Numbered from the stretch's first letter, positions 8,717-19,174 are shown. The stretch: DNA of 64,000 nucleotides from Candidatus Omnitrophota bacterium (GCA_015494465.1 WGBD01000002.1:67683-131682), one strand, 5' to 3'. Numbers and translations: made by a program. Notes: generated by a model from the letters alone, not told the origin.

Positions 8717-10657
8717 TTAAGGGGAATCCGCCCCCAACAGGACCTGTCCCGGATCGCTCAACTTACTGCGCAGTTCCTCCACCACCGAGCGGAGCATCCG
8801 ACAGTAAAGGTCAAAACCCACCGCAGTTATGTACCCGTGCTGTTCCGTCCCCAGGACATTGCCCGCCCCCCGTATCTCCAGGTCCTCCATTGCCAGGTGG
8901 AAGCCCGCCCCCAGATCGCTGTACCTCTCTATTGCGCTCAACCGCCTGCGGGCGTCGTCGGTGAGGACCTCCTCCGGGGGAAGGCAAAAATAGGCGTATG
9001 CCTGACGGTCGTAGCGCCCCACCCTGCCCCGCAACTGGTGTAGTTCCGCAAGGCCAAACATGTCCGCCCGCTCCACAATCAGGGTATTGGCGTTTGGTAT
9101 GTCTATCCCTGACTCTATGATAGTGGTGCAGACGAGGACATCTATCTCCCCCCGGATAAACCTCAACATTATCTCCTCGAGCCTGTCCGACGACATCTTG
9201 CCGTGGGCAACCGCAATCCTGGCGGGGACGAGTTTCGACAGCCACTTTGCCCGCCTCTCTATGGACTCCACCCGGTTGTGCACGAAAAAGACCTGCCCTC
9301 CGCGGGCCACCTCCCTCTCTACCGCCTGCTTTATTATGTCCGGATCAAACCTCACCAGACGCGTCTCCACCGCCAGCCGGTTCACCGGCGGGGTGGTTAT
9401 CACCGAGATGTCCTTCAGTCCCATAAGGGCCATGTAAAGCGTACGGGGTATCGGGGTTGCGGTCATGGTCAAGACATCCACCAAGGCCCGCATCCGCTTC
9501 ATCTTCTCCTTGTGCTTCACCCCAAACCTCTGCTCCTCGTCGATGATGAGCAGACCCAGATCCTTGAACCTCACATCCCCGGAGAGCAGGCGATGGGTCC
9601 CGATGAGGATGTCCACCTTCCCTTCCCTCACCTCCTCGAGTATCCTCTTCTGCTCCTTTGGGGAACGGAAACGGGAGAGCATCTCCACCCGCACCGGGAA
9701 CCTCTCCATCCGGGAGAGGAAGTTGGTGTAGTGCTGTTCCGCCAGCAAGGTGGTCGGCACCAGTATCGCGACCTGTTTTCCCGCCAGGGCCGCCTTGAAG
9801 GCAGCCCGCATTGCCACCTCCGTCTTACCGTATCCCACCTCCCCGCATACCAGACGGTCCATCGGACGGGGGGCCATCATGTCCTTCTTGACCTCTTCTA
9901 TGGCCTTCCTCTGGTCCGGGGTCTCCTCGTAGGGGAAAGTCGCCTCAAACTCCCTCTGCATCTCGTCGTCCTCAGGGAAGGCAAAGCCCGGGAGGGTACT
10001 GCGCAGGGCCTGTATCTTGAGCATCTCCAAGGCCATGTTGTATATCCCCTTGCGCACCTTCTCCTTGAGCCGGCGCCAGTCCGCCCCACCCAGCCGGGAC
10101 AACTTTACCTTCACCCGCTTGTCAAAACTGATGTACCTCTGGACCAGATGGGCCTCTTCCACCGGGACATAGAGGAGGTCCTTGTCCGCGTACTCTATCA
10201 CCAAGGCCTGCCTCTCCCCATCCCTGAAGCGGATCCTGCGCATCCCCAGATAACGCCCGATCCCGTGATCGGTGTGGACCACATAGTCGCCTTCCTGAAA
10301 GTCAATGAAGTTGTAGGTGGGCAGTTCCTCTATCCGGCGGGCATCCACCTTGTCCACGGTCTTCCTTTTCCTGGCCTCCCTCCGGGGCAACACCACGACC
10401 AACTCGTAATCCCACAAGGGCCTGCCGTCGGCGGGATTGAAGGCAAAGATCCTCTCTATCTCGTCGAAATCCCAGGTAATCCTCACCGGGAACTCAAAGG
10501 TAAAGGGAAAGACCTCCAAGGTCTCGCCCCGCAATGCGAACTCCCCCTCCCTCTCCAATAGGGGATTGCGGACATAACCCGACTTGATGAGGCGGTTCAC
10601 CACCTCTTCAGGAGAGACCTTTTGCCTACGGTAGAGCTTGAAGTGCTCGAAGGTCAT
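8717..10657 (-). CDS. mfd: transcription-repair coupling factor, short form (646 aa)
   Basis: RID motif GDYVVHTDHGIGRY, GEVGYGKTEVA, DEEQRFG, TATPIPRT, QLRGRVGR, TRG motif DLEIRGAGNVLG. Confidence 0.9.
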   Translation of the reverse strand: MTFEHFKLYRRQKVSPEEVVNRLIKSGYVRNPLLEREGEFALRGETLEVFPFTFEFPVRITWDFDEIERIFAFNPADGRPLWDYELVVVLPRREARKRKTVDKVDARRIEELPTYNFIDFQEGDYVVHTDHGIGRYLGMRRIRFRDGERQALVIEYADKDLLYVPVEEAHLVQRYISFDKRVKVKLSRLGGADWRRLKEKVRKGIYNMALEMLKIQALRSTLPGFAFPEDDEMQREFEATFPYEETPDQRKAIEEVKKDMMAPRPMDRLVCGEVGYGKTEVAMRAAFKAALAGKQVAILVPTTLLAEQHYTNFLSRMERFPVRVEMLSRFRSPKEQKRILEEVREGKVDILIGTHRLLSGDVRFKDLGLLIIDEEQRFGVKHKEKMKRMRALVDVLTMTATPIPRTLYMALMGLKDISVITTPPVNRLAVETRLVRFDPDIIKQAVEREVARGGQVFFVHNRVESIERRAKWLSKLVPARIAVAHGKMSSDRLEEIMLRFIRGEIDVLVCTTIIESGIDIPNANTLIVERADMFGLAELHQLRGRVGRYDRQAYAYFCLPPEEVLTDDARRRLSAIERYSDLGAGFHLAMEDLEIRGAGNVLGTEQHGYITAVGFDLYCRMLRSVVEELRSKLSDPGQVLLGADSP

Positions 10658-11388
10658 CTCTTGTTCACGGCCTTCTTAAGGGCAGAGACCTCCTCTGGAG
10701 ACAAATACCTCCACTTGCCTTCCTTCAGCCCGCCCAATCTCAAAGGTCCAAAACCGGTCCTGAGAAGATCCACCACCGGATGGCCAAGGCGGGCAAACAT
10801 CCTCCTTATCTGGCGCTTCTTCCCCTCCCGCATCCGCAGGCGGATCCGGGAATACTCCAATCCCACCTCCACCGCCTCAGCATAGCAGGGCATAGACCTG
10901 AAGTCTCCCAGATCCATCCCCCTGCGCACCTCCTCTAACTCCTCCTCGCTGACCTTGCCCTTGACCTTCACCAGGTACTCCTTGACCACTCCGTAGCGCG
11001 GGTGCAGGAGAGGATGCACTATCTCACCGTCGTCGGTAAGGAGCAGGAGCCCCCGGCTGTCCTTGTCCAGCCTTCCCACCGGTTTAAGGCGGGATAACTC
11101 CCCGGGGAGCAGGTCCATCACCGTGCGATTGAACCTGTCCCGAACGCTAGTCACCACCCCTGCGGGCTTGAAGAAGATCACATAGCGATGCCCAGGAAGG
11201 CGCAGACGCCTGCCCTCAAACTCCACGATGTCCCCTTCGGGATCCACCTTAAAGGACAGATCCCCGTCGAAGGTCCTTCCGTTTATACGGAACTTGCGGG
11301 GACACTTCTTGAGCAGGTCCCCTGCCCGCCTCCGGGACAGGCCCAAGGCCTTGGCCACGAACGAACCAATCCTTATCCTCTTTCCCAT
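10654..11388 (-). CDS. rRNA pseudouridine synthase (RsuA/RluB family)
   Basis: S4-like N-terminus, KPAGVVT, GRLDKDSRGLLLLT, EGKKRQIRRM. Confidence 0.92.
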   Translation of the reverse strand: MGKRIRIGSFVAKALGLSRRRAGDLLKKCPRKFRINGRTFDGDLSFKVDPEGDIVEFEGRRLRLPGHRYVIFFKPAGVVTSVRDRFNRTVMDLLPGELSRLKPVGRLDKDSRGLLLLTDDGEIVHPLLHPRYGVVKEYLVKVKGKVSEEELEEVRRGMDLGDFRSMPCYAEAVEVGLEYSRIRLRMREGKKRQIRRMFARLGHPVVDLLRTGFGPLRLGGLKEGKWRYLSPEEVSALKKAVNKR

Positions 11389-11433
11389 AGTTAGCTAGTA
11401 TATCACCACCCGCAAAAACCCGCACCCACCACC

Positions 11434-11472
11434 AAATGAGACAGATTCTTCCAGAAAGATCCCGTCTCATTT
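11434..11472. repeat. hairpin repeat, copy 1
   Basis: AAATGAGAC-agattcttccagaaagatccc-GTCTCATTT (9-bp inverted arms). Confidence 0.75.
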
Positions 11473-11500
11473 CTAATCCTCGACTGGGAAAATGGAGTTA

Positions 11501-11532
11501 TGAGACATTTTTTCCAGAAAGATTTCGTCTCA
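11501..11532. repeat. hairpin repeat, copy 2 (contains the RND gene stop codon)
   Basis: TGAGAC-attttttccagaaagatttc-GTCTCA; same arms and TTCCAGAAA core as copy 1. Confidence 0.75.
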
Positions 11533-14500
11533 CTTCGGGGATTGACGGAATAGGAGGGCGTACATCACGGGTACGAGAAACAAGGTAAGGCTACCCGAAA
11601 ACATCAGTCCGCCTATGGCAGCAACTCCAAATTCCTGCCATATCTCCGCCCCCTCACCCATACCCAAGGCCAAGGGAAGCATCCCAAGGACGGTGGTGAA
11701 CCAGGTCATCAAGATCGGTCTCAACCTGCGCCGGGCGGAGTTTACGATTGCGGTGCGCACATCCATCCCCTGCGCCCTCAATACCTTTATGTAGTCCACC
11801 ATCACGATGGCATTGTTCACCACTACGCCGGTGAGCATTATCAGGGCCATAAAGGCCATCATGGAAAAGGGCATACCTACCAAGAATAGTCCTACGATCA
11901 CCCCCACCACCGCAAAGGGCACGGAGAAGAATATCACCAATGGGGCCTTCAACGACTCGAACTGCGCGGTCAATACCATGTACACCAGGGCCATACCTAA
12001 CAGGAGCATACCCTTTAATTCGGAAAAGGCCTTCTTCTGCTCGTCTATCTGCCCGCCAAACTCCACCCTTATGCCCGGGGGCAGGGACAGGGACCTTATT
12101 ATCCTGTCCACATCCCTCTTGACCTCGCTCAACGCCCGGTGATAGGTGTCGCATCCGACAGTCACCACCCGCTGTCTGTCCTTTCTCCTGACCTCCACCT
12201 CACCGGAAGACAACTCCACTTCCGCCACTTCCTTAAGGGGGATCACCTTGCCACTGGGCAGGACCAAAGGCAGGTGATAGAGATAATCGAGGCTATAACG
12301 CTGATCCTCGGGAAGGGACACGGTCACATCGAAGTCCTCGCCTGCATCCCGGAACTTCACGACATCGTCGGGATGTAGGTACAACCTGAGGGTCTCCGCT
12401 ACATCCTTCACCGACAGCCCCAGAGTGGCCAACTTCTCCCTATCTACACTAATGCGCAACTCCAACCGGGTATTCCTCAGGGATGTCTTCACATTCACCG
12501 CACCGGGTATCTTCTTCATGGCCTCCTCTAACGCCTTGGCATACCGCCTCAACTCATTCAGATCGCGTCCCAACAGTTCCACCTCTATCTCACTCCTGCC
12601 CCACAGGAGCATCCTCTTGACCGGGGTTATGGATATACACTGATATTTCTCCAGATCAGGGATCTCCTTCAACCTGCGCCTGATGAGATAAGCAATCTCT
12701 TCACTCCTACGGGATCGCTCCTTTCTGGGGACCAGTTTCACGCCTATCTCCCCGACATTCTCTCCCTCGGGAAATCCCATAGCACTGCCGATGCCTTTCT
12801 TGGACTGCCCTACGAAGGCATACCAGCCCTTTAACTCCTTAGGGCTAACCACCTCGTGGACTATCTGCCCGATCTTTTTAGTGATCTTAGCGGTCTCCTC
12901 TATTCGGGAGGACTCGCTCAAAAAATAGGTGATAGTGATGTCACCGGTATCCACCTTGGGGAAGAATGAGGTCCCAACCACCTTTGCCAAAAAGAGACTG
13001 GAAACAAACAATACACCCCCGATCCCCAAGACCTTCTTGGGAGAATCCAGGGCCCGCTCCAGCCAAACGGTGTAGACTTCTTCTACCCTTGCGAAGGCGA
13101 TCTCACCGCCCCTGCGCTCCCCGGCTTTGAGGATCCGGGAAGTGAGTGATGGCACCAGGGTAAGGGCTATCAACCAAGAGAAGGTTATAGTGGCGCTTAC
13201 GGTAAACCCCAACTGTTTGAACATTATCCCGGTCAGTCCCTTGACGAATATAAGGGGGATAAAGACGCAGACCGTGGTCAGTGTAGAGGCAAATATCGCC
13301 CCTCCCACCTCACCTGCGCCTATCTCACTGGCCCTTTTCGGCGGGATACCCTCGGAGACCTTTCTGGTCACGCTCTCCAGGACCACGATGGAGTTGTCCA
13401 CCACCATACCTATGGCGATGGCCAGACTCATCAGGGACATTATGTTTATGCTGTAACGGAAGAGATAAAGGAAGACGAAAGAACCCAGCAGAGAAAAGGG
13501 AATAGACAGGGCAATCACCAGAGAAGACCGCACCCTCCGCAAGAACAAGAAGGTAATGAACACAACCAGTACGCCTGCGGTAGCCACGGTGGTCAACAGG
13601 TCCCTTATCGCCATAAATATGAACTCCGAGGCATCCATTAGGACATTTACCTCGGTATCCGAAGGAAGCAGGTCCCTTAGTTCACTCAAGCGTTCCCTTA
13701 GCCTTTCGCACACCTTCACCGTGTTGGCCCCGGACCTCTTCTTGACCACCAAGACCACCGCAGGTTTACCATTGGCGAAGCCGAGCATCTGCTCCTCTTC
13801 GAACGCGTCCTTGACCTCGGCGACATCCCGCAGGTACACGGGCCTGCCGTTGCGGACGGTCAGGAGAACATCACCTATCTCCTTTGGAGAGGTAAATCTG
13901 GCCTTAAGGCGGATAAAGTAATTGCGCCTACCCTTCTTTATCCTTCCCAGAGGCAGGTCCAAATTCTCCTGTTTCAGACGCAGGGCAACCAATCTGGGAT
14001 CTATCCCGTAGGCATTGAGCCTATCCGCATCCAGGCGGACCTTTATCTCCCGCCTCAAACCCCCATAAACCACCACCGCACCCACTCCCTCCACCCGCCT
14101 CAGATCGTCCAACACATTCGCATCCACCATCCGATACAGGTCTCGCCAGCTCGAATCCGAGGAAAGGGATACGACCATAACCGGTGCGGTTGCGGAGGAG
14201 AAACGGAATATAATGGGCTCCTCTGCGGAAGGTGCGTGCTGGGCGATGTCCCATCTGGCCAGATCCAGTTTGTCCCGAACATCGTTTACCGCTGAATCCA
14301 GATCCGTGCCCCACTTGAACTGGCAGGTGACCAAGGCGAGATTGTCCTTGGCGACGGAGAAGAGCTTGTCCAGACCCTCAACGGTGGATAACTGGTCCTC
14401 CAGATACTTTATCACATCCGACTCCACATCCTCCGCGCTCGCTCCGGGATAGGGGACGAGCACCGAGACCACCGGGGGTTCTATCTCCGGAAGCAACTCC

Positions 14501-14613
14501 ACCGGCAACTTCGTTATTGCCACGACGGAGAGTAGCAACATACCGAGGAGGGACATCCAGATCAGATACGGCCTATGGACCGAAAGGTGAGGTAGGTTCA
14601 TATCACTTACCAC
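11530..14613 (-). CDS. RND efflux permease (AcrB/AcrD/AcrF family)
   Basis: YPGASAEDVE, GMVVDNSIVVLE, RRLRPILMT, ~1030 aa, 12-TM architecture. Confidence 0.95.
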   Translation of the reverse strand: MVSDMNLPHLSVHRPYLIWMSLLGMLLLSVVAITKLPVELLPEIEPPVVSVLVPYPGASAEDVESDVIKYLEDQLSTVEGLDKLFSVAKDNLALVTCQFKWGTDLDSAVNDVRDKLDLARWDIAQHAPSAEEPIIFRFSSATAPVMVVSLSSDSSWRDLYRMVDANVLDDLRRVEGVGAVVVYGGLRREIKVRLDADRLNAYGIDPRLVALRLKQENLDLPLGRIKKGRRNYFIRLKARFTSPKEIGDVLLTVRNGRPVYLRDVAEVKDAFEEEQMLGFANGKPAVVLVVKKRSGANTVKVCERLRERLSELRDLLPSDTEVNVLMDASEFIFMAIRDLLTTVATAGVLVVFITFLFLRRVRSSLVIALSIPFSLLGSFVFLYLFRYSINIMSLMSLAIAIGMVVDNSIVVLESVTRKVSEGIPPKRASEIGAGEVGGAIFASTLTTVCVFIPLIFVKGLTGIMFKQLGFTVSATITFSWLIALTLVPSLTSRILKAGERRGGEIAFARVEEVYTVWLERALDSPKKVLGIGGVLFVSSLFLAKVVGTSFFPKVDTGDITITYFLSESSRIEETAKITKKIGQIVHEVVSPKELKGWYAFVGQSKKGIGSAMGFPEGENVGEIGVKLVPRKERSRRSEEIAYLIRRRLKEIPDLEKYQCISITPVKRMLLWGRSEIEVELLGRDLNELRRYAKALEEAMKKIPGAVNVKTSLRNTRLELRISVDREKLATLGLSVKDVAETLRLYLHPDDVVKFRDAGEDFDVTVSLPEDQRYSLDYLYHLPLVLPSGKVIPLKEVAEVELSSGEVEVRRKDRQRVVTVGCDTYHRALSEVKRDVDRIIRSLSLPPGIRVEFGGQIDEQKKAFSELKGMLLLGMALVYMVLTAQFESLKAPLVIFFSVPFAVVGVIVGLFLVGMPFSMMAFMALIMLTGVVVNNAIVMVDYIKVLRAQGMDVRTAIVNSARRRLRPILMTWFTTVLGMLPLALGMGEGAEIWQEFGVAAIGGLMFSGSLTLFLVPVMYALLFRQSPK

Positions 14614-15487
14614 CCGAAAGCACGGCCCTTATCTTTTCCCCCTCTTTGACGCCCCCCTGAGCGGAGACGACCACCAGATCCCCTTCGGAGAGCCCCTCCA
14701 ACACCTCTACACCCCAGTCCCCTATCTGACCGATCTTCAGATAACGCTTCTCCACCTTCCCATCCTTCACGACGAGACAATAGTAGGATCCGCTTCCCGG
14801 GAACCTCATCAGGGCATCCAGAGGAATAACCAAGGCCCTGTGGCGATCCAACACCACCTCCACCCGGGCGAACATCCCCGGCAGTAGTTCCCCTTGGGGA
14901 TTTTCCACCAAGACCTCAACCCGTCCGGTGCGAGATAAGGGATCCAACACCTCCACCTTCTTGCTCACAACCCCCTTAAACACCTTCCGGGGATAGGCAG
15001 GGACCCGGACCTCCGCTTTCCCCCCCACCTTCACCTTTGGCAGGGTATACTCCGGCACATCGACTACCACCTTCACCCTATCCAACTCCACAACCACGCC
15101 CACCGGAGTGGCAGGGCTCACCACCTCCCCCTGATCCCTAGTCAGGTCCATCACCACGCCACCGGCAGGGGCCACCACCTTCGCAGGGTTGAACTTGTAT
15201 CCCACCACATCCCGATCCACCAGGGCCACTACATCTCCCTTTTCCACCCGAGCGCCCTCCTCAACGACATACCGGATGAACTTACCCCCCACCCGGGGGT
15301 ATATTCTCACCTGATTTCCCCCCTCCACACTGCCCACCCCCTGCCAGTGGGAACTGACCGTCTCATACACTACCCTCTCCACCCGCACCGGCCTTGCCTC
15401 CTCCCGAGCGAGAAGCGGTGAAGTCAAGAGAAAAGACGCCAGCACTGCCCCAGTGGAAAGCCTTATCACCTTATTTTGCATCTCCAT
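14603..15487 (-). CDS. RND periplasmic adaptor (membrane fusion protein)
   Basis: Lipoyl-like VEEGARVEKGD, LDPLSRT, LLPGMFARV, GLSEGDLVV. Confidence 0.9.
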   Translation of the reverse strand: MEMQNKVIRLSTGAVLASFLLTSPLLAREEARPVRVERVVYETVSSHWQGVGSVEGGNQVRIYPRVGGKFIRYVVEEGARVEKGDVVALVDRDVVGYKFNPAKVVAPAGGVVMDLTRDQGEVVSPATPVGVVVELDRVKVVVDVPEYTLPKVKVGGKAEVRVPAYPRKVFKGVVSKKVEVLDPLSRTGRVEVLVENPQGELLPGMFARVEVVLDRHRALVIPLDALMRFPGSGSYYCLVVKDGKVEKRYLKIGQIGDWGVEVLEGLSEGDLVVVSAQGGVKEGEKIRAVLSGGK

Positions 15488-16805
15488 TCATCTCCCCCTT
15501 TACCTCGTCTATGCTTCCGCCTATCTCGTATTCTAGTCGGGCCATCGCCTGGGCCATCTCACACCTCGCTTCAGCTAAAGCCACCCGGGCATTACCCAGA
15601 GAAGTCCTGCTGGAGAGGACATCCAGATGACTGCTCTCCCCGGCGGCATACCTGTCCAAGGCTATCCTATAGGCCCGCTCTGCCTCGCAGACCGCATCCC
15701 TGTGCATCTTCACCCGGTCCAAGGCGGAGTAAAGGTCAACCAGTGCCTCGTGCACCCCCGCAAGGACCTCCTTCTTCACCCTGGAAAATCCTGCCCGGGC
15801 CTTCTTAAGAGATGCCTTGGCCAGATTATACCTTGCCCGATTCAGGAAGAAGTCCAACGAGAGACTGACCTTCAGCCAGGTCAACATATAGTCGTCGTAT
15901 TCAGGTCTACCGCGGGCAAAGGCCTGTCTGTCGTCTATGTGGTCCTCAAACTCCAGATACACCTTGGGCATAGACCTCCCGAAGGCGCTCTTCACCCCGT
16001 ACTCCCCGGCCCGCCACCGTTCCCTTGCGGAGAGAATAGCAGGCCGGTGGGCGAGGGCGTAATCCCTAAACAAAGTCTCCGGGGAAAGACCCTTCGGCTC
16101 CTCCGGGAGATCCCCCCTCAAACGGACCTCCACCTCCGGAGACAGCCCCAAGGCCAACTTAAGACGGGTATAACTGTCCTCCAAAACGGCCCTTGCCTGG
16201 CGCAGGTCACTTCGGGCCTCGGACACCGCCACCTTGCTCCGCAGGAGGTCGTATTCAGGGGCCAGTCCTTGGGAGAACCGCTCCTCCGTCACCCGTAAGG
16301 TCTCCTCCGCGAGATCTAGGAGTTCCTTGCGTATGCGCACAAGTTCCTCGGCAAACAGGCACTGATAGAAAAAGAAGCGCGCCTGATAGAGTAGAAATGC
16401 CTCCACCTCCTGCCTCGACCAACGGCTTGCCTTCAGCACTGCCTTCGCCTGTCGTATAGCGTTCTCCACCTCGCCACCGGAAAAGAGGAGTTGGGACAGC
16501 CTCAATGCCACCCCGCGATTGGACTCAAAGTCTATGAAGGGGTGATCTTTATACCGGTTGTAATAGGCATCCAGCGAAATCCGGGGGAGAAACTGCGCCA
16601 TTTCCAGATCCAGACTCGCTCGAGCCAGATCTTCCTGACTCCTTGACTGCGCAAGCCTGTCGCTGTTTCGCCGTATCAGCTTTAACAGATCCGCTTCCCT
16701 CAAGGTCAAAGCCCCCCTCTCACCCGCCACCAGCTGCGGGGCAACTCCGCTGACGAGAAAGAAAAATAAGAAAAGGAGCCTTATTATAGAAGAGGCCCTA
16801 CTCAT
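15471..16805 (-). CDS. TolC-family outer membrane efflux protein
   Basis: Signal peptide, FLPRISL, ERFSQGLAPEYDLL, RYAAGESSHLDVL duplicated OEP motifs. Confidence 0.9.
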   Translation of the reverse strand: MSRASSIIRLLFLFFFLVSGVAPQLVAGERGALTLREADLLKLIRRNSDRLAQSRSQEDLARASLDLEMAQFLPRISLDAYYNRYKDHPFIDFESNRGVALRLSQLLFSGGEVENAIRQAKAVLKASRWSRQEVEAFLLYQARFFFYQCLFAEELVRIRKELLDLAEETLRVTEERFSQGLAPEYDLLRSKVAVSEARSDLRQARAVLEDSYTRLKLALGLSPEVEVRLRGDLPEEPKGLSPETLFRDYALAHRPAILSARERWRAGEYGVKSAFGRSMPKVYLEFEDHIDDRQAFARGRPEYDDYMLTWLKVSLSLDFFLNRARYNLAKASLKKARAGFSRVKKEVLAGVHEALVDLYSALDRVKMHRDAVCEAERAYRIALDRYAAGESSHLDVLSSRTSLGNARVALAEARCEMAQAMARLEYEIGGSIDEVKGEMNGDAK

Positions 16806-17403
16806 CCTTTATCAACCCTCCCCGCAGGACATTCCAGACCAGATTCGCCTTTTTCCGGAAAGAATACCTCCAACCCTGATGCGGAGACAGCAAGACCACC
16901 CCGGTTATCATGGCCAGGAGGACATCCAGAATCTCCTCTATGGAACCGCCCAAATCCCTCAGTCTTCCCATCTCCCGTGCCCTTGCGAAGGTGGTCTTTA
17001 TACGGTCCAGTTCCTGATAGTAATTCTCCAAGTATATCTTTATAGACTGCCCCCGAAACTGGCTCTGATCGTGCACCAAAAGTTTCACCAGATGGGGATG
17101 CTCCTCAAAGAAGTTAAAGTAGGTAAATAGCGCCTCCCTTATCCGCAATACCGGATCTTCTATAGGATCCACCCGCGCGTGGATGGTCCTCCGCAACTCC
17201 TCCAAGCCGTGCCTTATTACCTCTACGAACAGCCCCTCTTTACTCCCGAAATACCTGTACACCGTCCCCTTGCCAAGGCCTGCCTCCTCCGCCACATCGT
17301 CCATCCGGGTATCCGCAAAGCCATAACGGGCAAACAACCTGCCGGCGACCTCCAGTATCCGTTTGCGCTTATCTCCGACCTTCACCTCTATATCACCCTC
17401 CAA
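16798..17403 (-). CDS. TetR/AcrR family transcriptional regulator
   Basis: ILEVAGRLFARYGFADTRMDDVAEEAGLGKGTVYRYFGSKEGLF. Confidence 0.93.
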   Translation of the reverse strand: MEGDIEVKVGDKRKRILEVAGRLFARYGFADTRMDDVAEEAGLGKGTVYRYFGSKEGLFVEVIRHGLEELRRTIHARVDPIEDPVLRIREALFTYFNFFEEHPHLVKLLVHDQSQFRGQSIKIYLENYYQELDRIKTTFARAREMGRLRDLGGSIEEILDVLLAMITGVVLLSPHQGWRYSFRKKANLVWNVLRGGLIKDE

Positions 17404-17483
17404 AACCTTTCCAAGATAGCACCATCCAGCTTTTTTATCGTCCTATCCCCCTGATGCCCAGCAAAATATAGCTTATCACGGAC

Positions 17484-17497
17484 GGACTGGTCAGTCC
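17484..17497. promoter_or_regulatory. putative TetR operator overlapping the tetR-RND promoter
   Basis: Inverted repeat GGACTG-gt-CAGTCC lying within a minus-strand TGGACT-17-TAAGCT promoter candidate. Confidence 0.55.
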
Positions 17498-17508
17498 ACA
17501 ACATCGAG

Positions 17509-17536
17509 AAAAAAAGGGAGGCCTCCAGGGCCTCCC
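17509..17536 (-). terminator. intrinsic terminator after glnA
   Basis: Minus strand GGGAGGCC-ctgga-GGCCTCCC followed by T7. Confidence 0.85.
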
Positions 17537-17561
17537 CCTAACGCTCCACGGCTGAAGAAGA

Positions 17562-19034
17562 TTAGATGTCGAAGTAGAGGTAGAACTCGTAAGGATGCGG
17601 TCTCAGGTTGACGCCGTCTATCTCCACCGTCCGCTTGTACTCTATCCAGGTCTCTATTACATCCTTGGTGAAGACATCGCCCCGGAGCAAGAACTCGTGG
17701 TCCTTCTCCAGCGCGTTGAGGGCCTCCTCCAGACTGCCCGGGACGCTCTTTATCCTCGCCTTCTCCCTCGGAGAGAGCTCGTAGATGTTCTTGTCTATGG
17801 CCTTACCCGGATCTATCTTGTTGATTATTCCGTCTATACCCGCCATCAGCATCGCTGCAAAGGCCAGATAAGGATTGGCAGAGGGATCCGGAGGCCTGAA
17901 CTCTATCCTCTTGGCCTTGGGGTTGGCGCTGTAGACCGGTATACGGACCGCTGCGGAGCGGTTCCTGGCGGAGTAGACCAGGTTCACCGGAGCCTCGTAG
18001 CCCGGGACCAACCTCTTATAGGAGTTGGTAGTCGGGGCGGCGAAGGCGAGGACCGCAGGTGCGTGCTTCAACAGGCCGCCGATGTACCACAGGGCCAGCT
18101 GGCTGAGGTGGGCGTAACCGTCCTTGGAATAGAAGAGATTCTCGTTGCCCTTCCAGAGGCTCTGGTGGGTGTGCATACCCGAACCGTTGTCCTTGAATAT
18201 CGGCTTGGGCATAAAGGTAACGGTCTTGTTGTACCTCCGAGCAAGGTTCTTTATGACATACTTGTAGATCAGGAGGCTGTCCGCAGTGCGGGTGAGGGTC
18301 CCGTAGCGGATGTCTATCTCGCACTGCCCACCGCTGGCGACCTCGTGGTGATGGACCTCCACCGGGACGCCTATGGAGCGGAGGATCAACATGACCTCGT
18401 TGCGGAACTCCTGAAGGGTGTCGTGAGGAGGCACCGGGAAGTAACCCTCCTTGTACCTCGGCTTGTATCCGAGGTTGGGATTCTCCTCCCTTCCGGTATT
18501 CCACTCACCCTCTATGGAATCCACGAAGTAGAAACCGAAGTTCTCGCCCTGATCAAACCTGACATCGTCGAAGACGAAGAACTCTGCCTCCGGGCCCCAA
18601 TAGCTGATGTCCGCTATTCCGCTCTCCTTGAGGAACTTCTCCGCCTTCTTGGCGATGTAGCGGGGATCACGGCTGTAGGGCTCGTGAGTAATCGGGTCGT
18701 AGATGTCGCAGATGATCACCAAGGTAGGGGTCTTTGCCAGAGGATCTATGAACGCGGTATCCAGATCCAACTTCAGTATCATGTCGCTTTCCTGTATCTT
18801 CTGGAAACCGCGGATGGAGGAACCGTCAAAACCAATACCTTCCTCCAGGATACCCCCACCCTTCTCGAGATCGGCCAACAGGTCCTCTGCGGGCATGGAG
18901 AAGTGCTGCCAGAGTCCGGGCAGGTCGTTAAACCTGAGATCGATTACCTTGATGTTGTTCTCCAATATGATCTTCTTGATCTCCTCCGGACTCCTGTGAG
19001 GATAACCCTCGGTCTTTATGACCAGAGAACTCAT
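17562..19034 (-). CDS. glnA: glutamine synthetase type I
   Basis: [49 protein letters not shown], adenylylation-site-like NIYEL. Confidence 0.97.
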   Translation of the reverse strand: MSSLVIKTEGYPHRSPEEIKKIILENNIKVIDLRFNDLPGLWQHFSMPAEDLLADLEKGGGILEEGIGFDGSSIRGFQKIQESDMILKLDLDTAFIDPLAKTPTLVIICDIYDPITHEPYSRDPRYIAKKAEKFLKESGIADISYWGPEAEFFVFDDVRFDQGENFGFYFVDSIEGEWNTGREENPNLGYKPRYKEGYFPVPPHDTLQEFRNEVMLILRSIGVPVEVHHHEVASGGQCEIDIRYGTLTRTADSLLIYKYVIKNLARRYNKTVTFMPKPIFKDNGSGMHTHQSLWKGNENLFYSKDGYAHLSQLALWYIGGLLKHAPAVLAFAAPTTNSYKRLVPGYEAPVNLVYSARNRSAAVRIPVYSANPKAKRIEFRPPDPSANPYLAFAAMLMAGIDGIINKIDPGKAIDKNIYELSPREKARIKSVPGSLEEALNALEKDHEFLLRGDVFTKDVIETWIEYKRTVEIDGVNLRPHPYEFYLYFDI

Positions 19035-19113
19035 ACCAAGACCTCCTGTTTAAACGGTTAAACCCAAAACCACTTCAACTCCAAGAGAATGCAAACCACA
19101 CACGGAGACAGAG

Positions 19114-19174
19114 AAAACAACGCGGGACAGTGAGGCTGGACTCCTTTGCCCAGATCTCGCGGACACCCTTGCCC
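19114..19174 (-). promoter_or_regulatory. dual-hairpin ANTAR-type RNA leader with possible terminator, upstream of glnA
   Basis: GGGC-AAGGGT-GTCC and TGGGC-AAAGGA-GTCCA hairpins with 6-nt loops (A1, G4), then CGCG...TTGTTTT. Confidence 0.7.

Noticed and set aside
11434-11532. CRISPR array interpretation of the repeat-28 nt-repeat
   Set aside because: Only two imperfect adjacent copies, no cas genes and no leader; kept as an unexplained repeat.
17595-19061. 488-aa plus-strand ORF antisense to glnA (likewise 4488-5891, 9203-10561, 25221-26750, 46858-47775)
   Set aside because: Shadow ORFs opposite well-conserved genes, expected from codon bias; no motifs and no SD.
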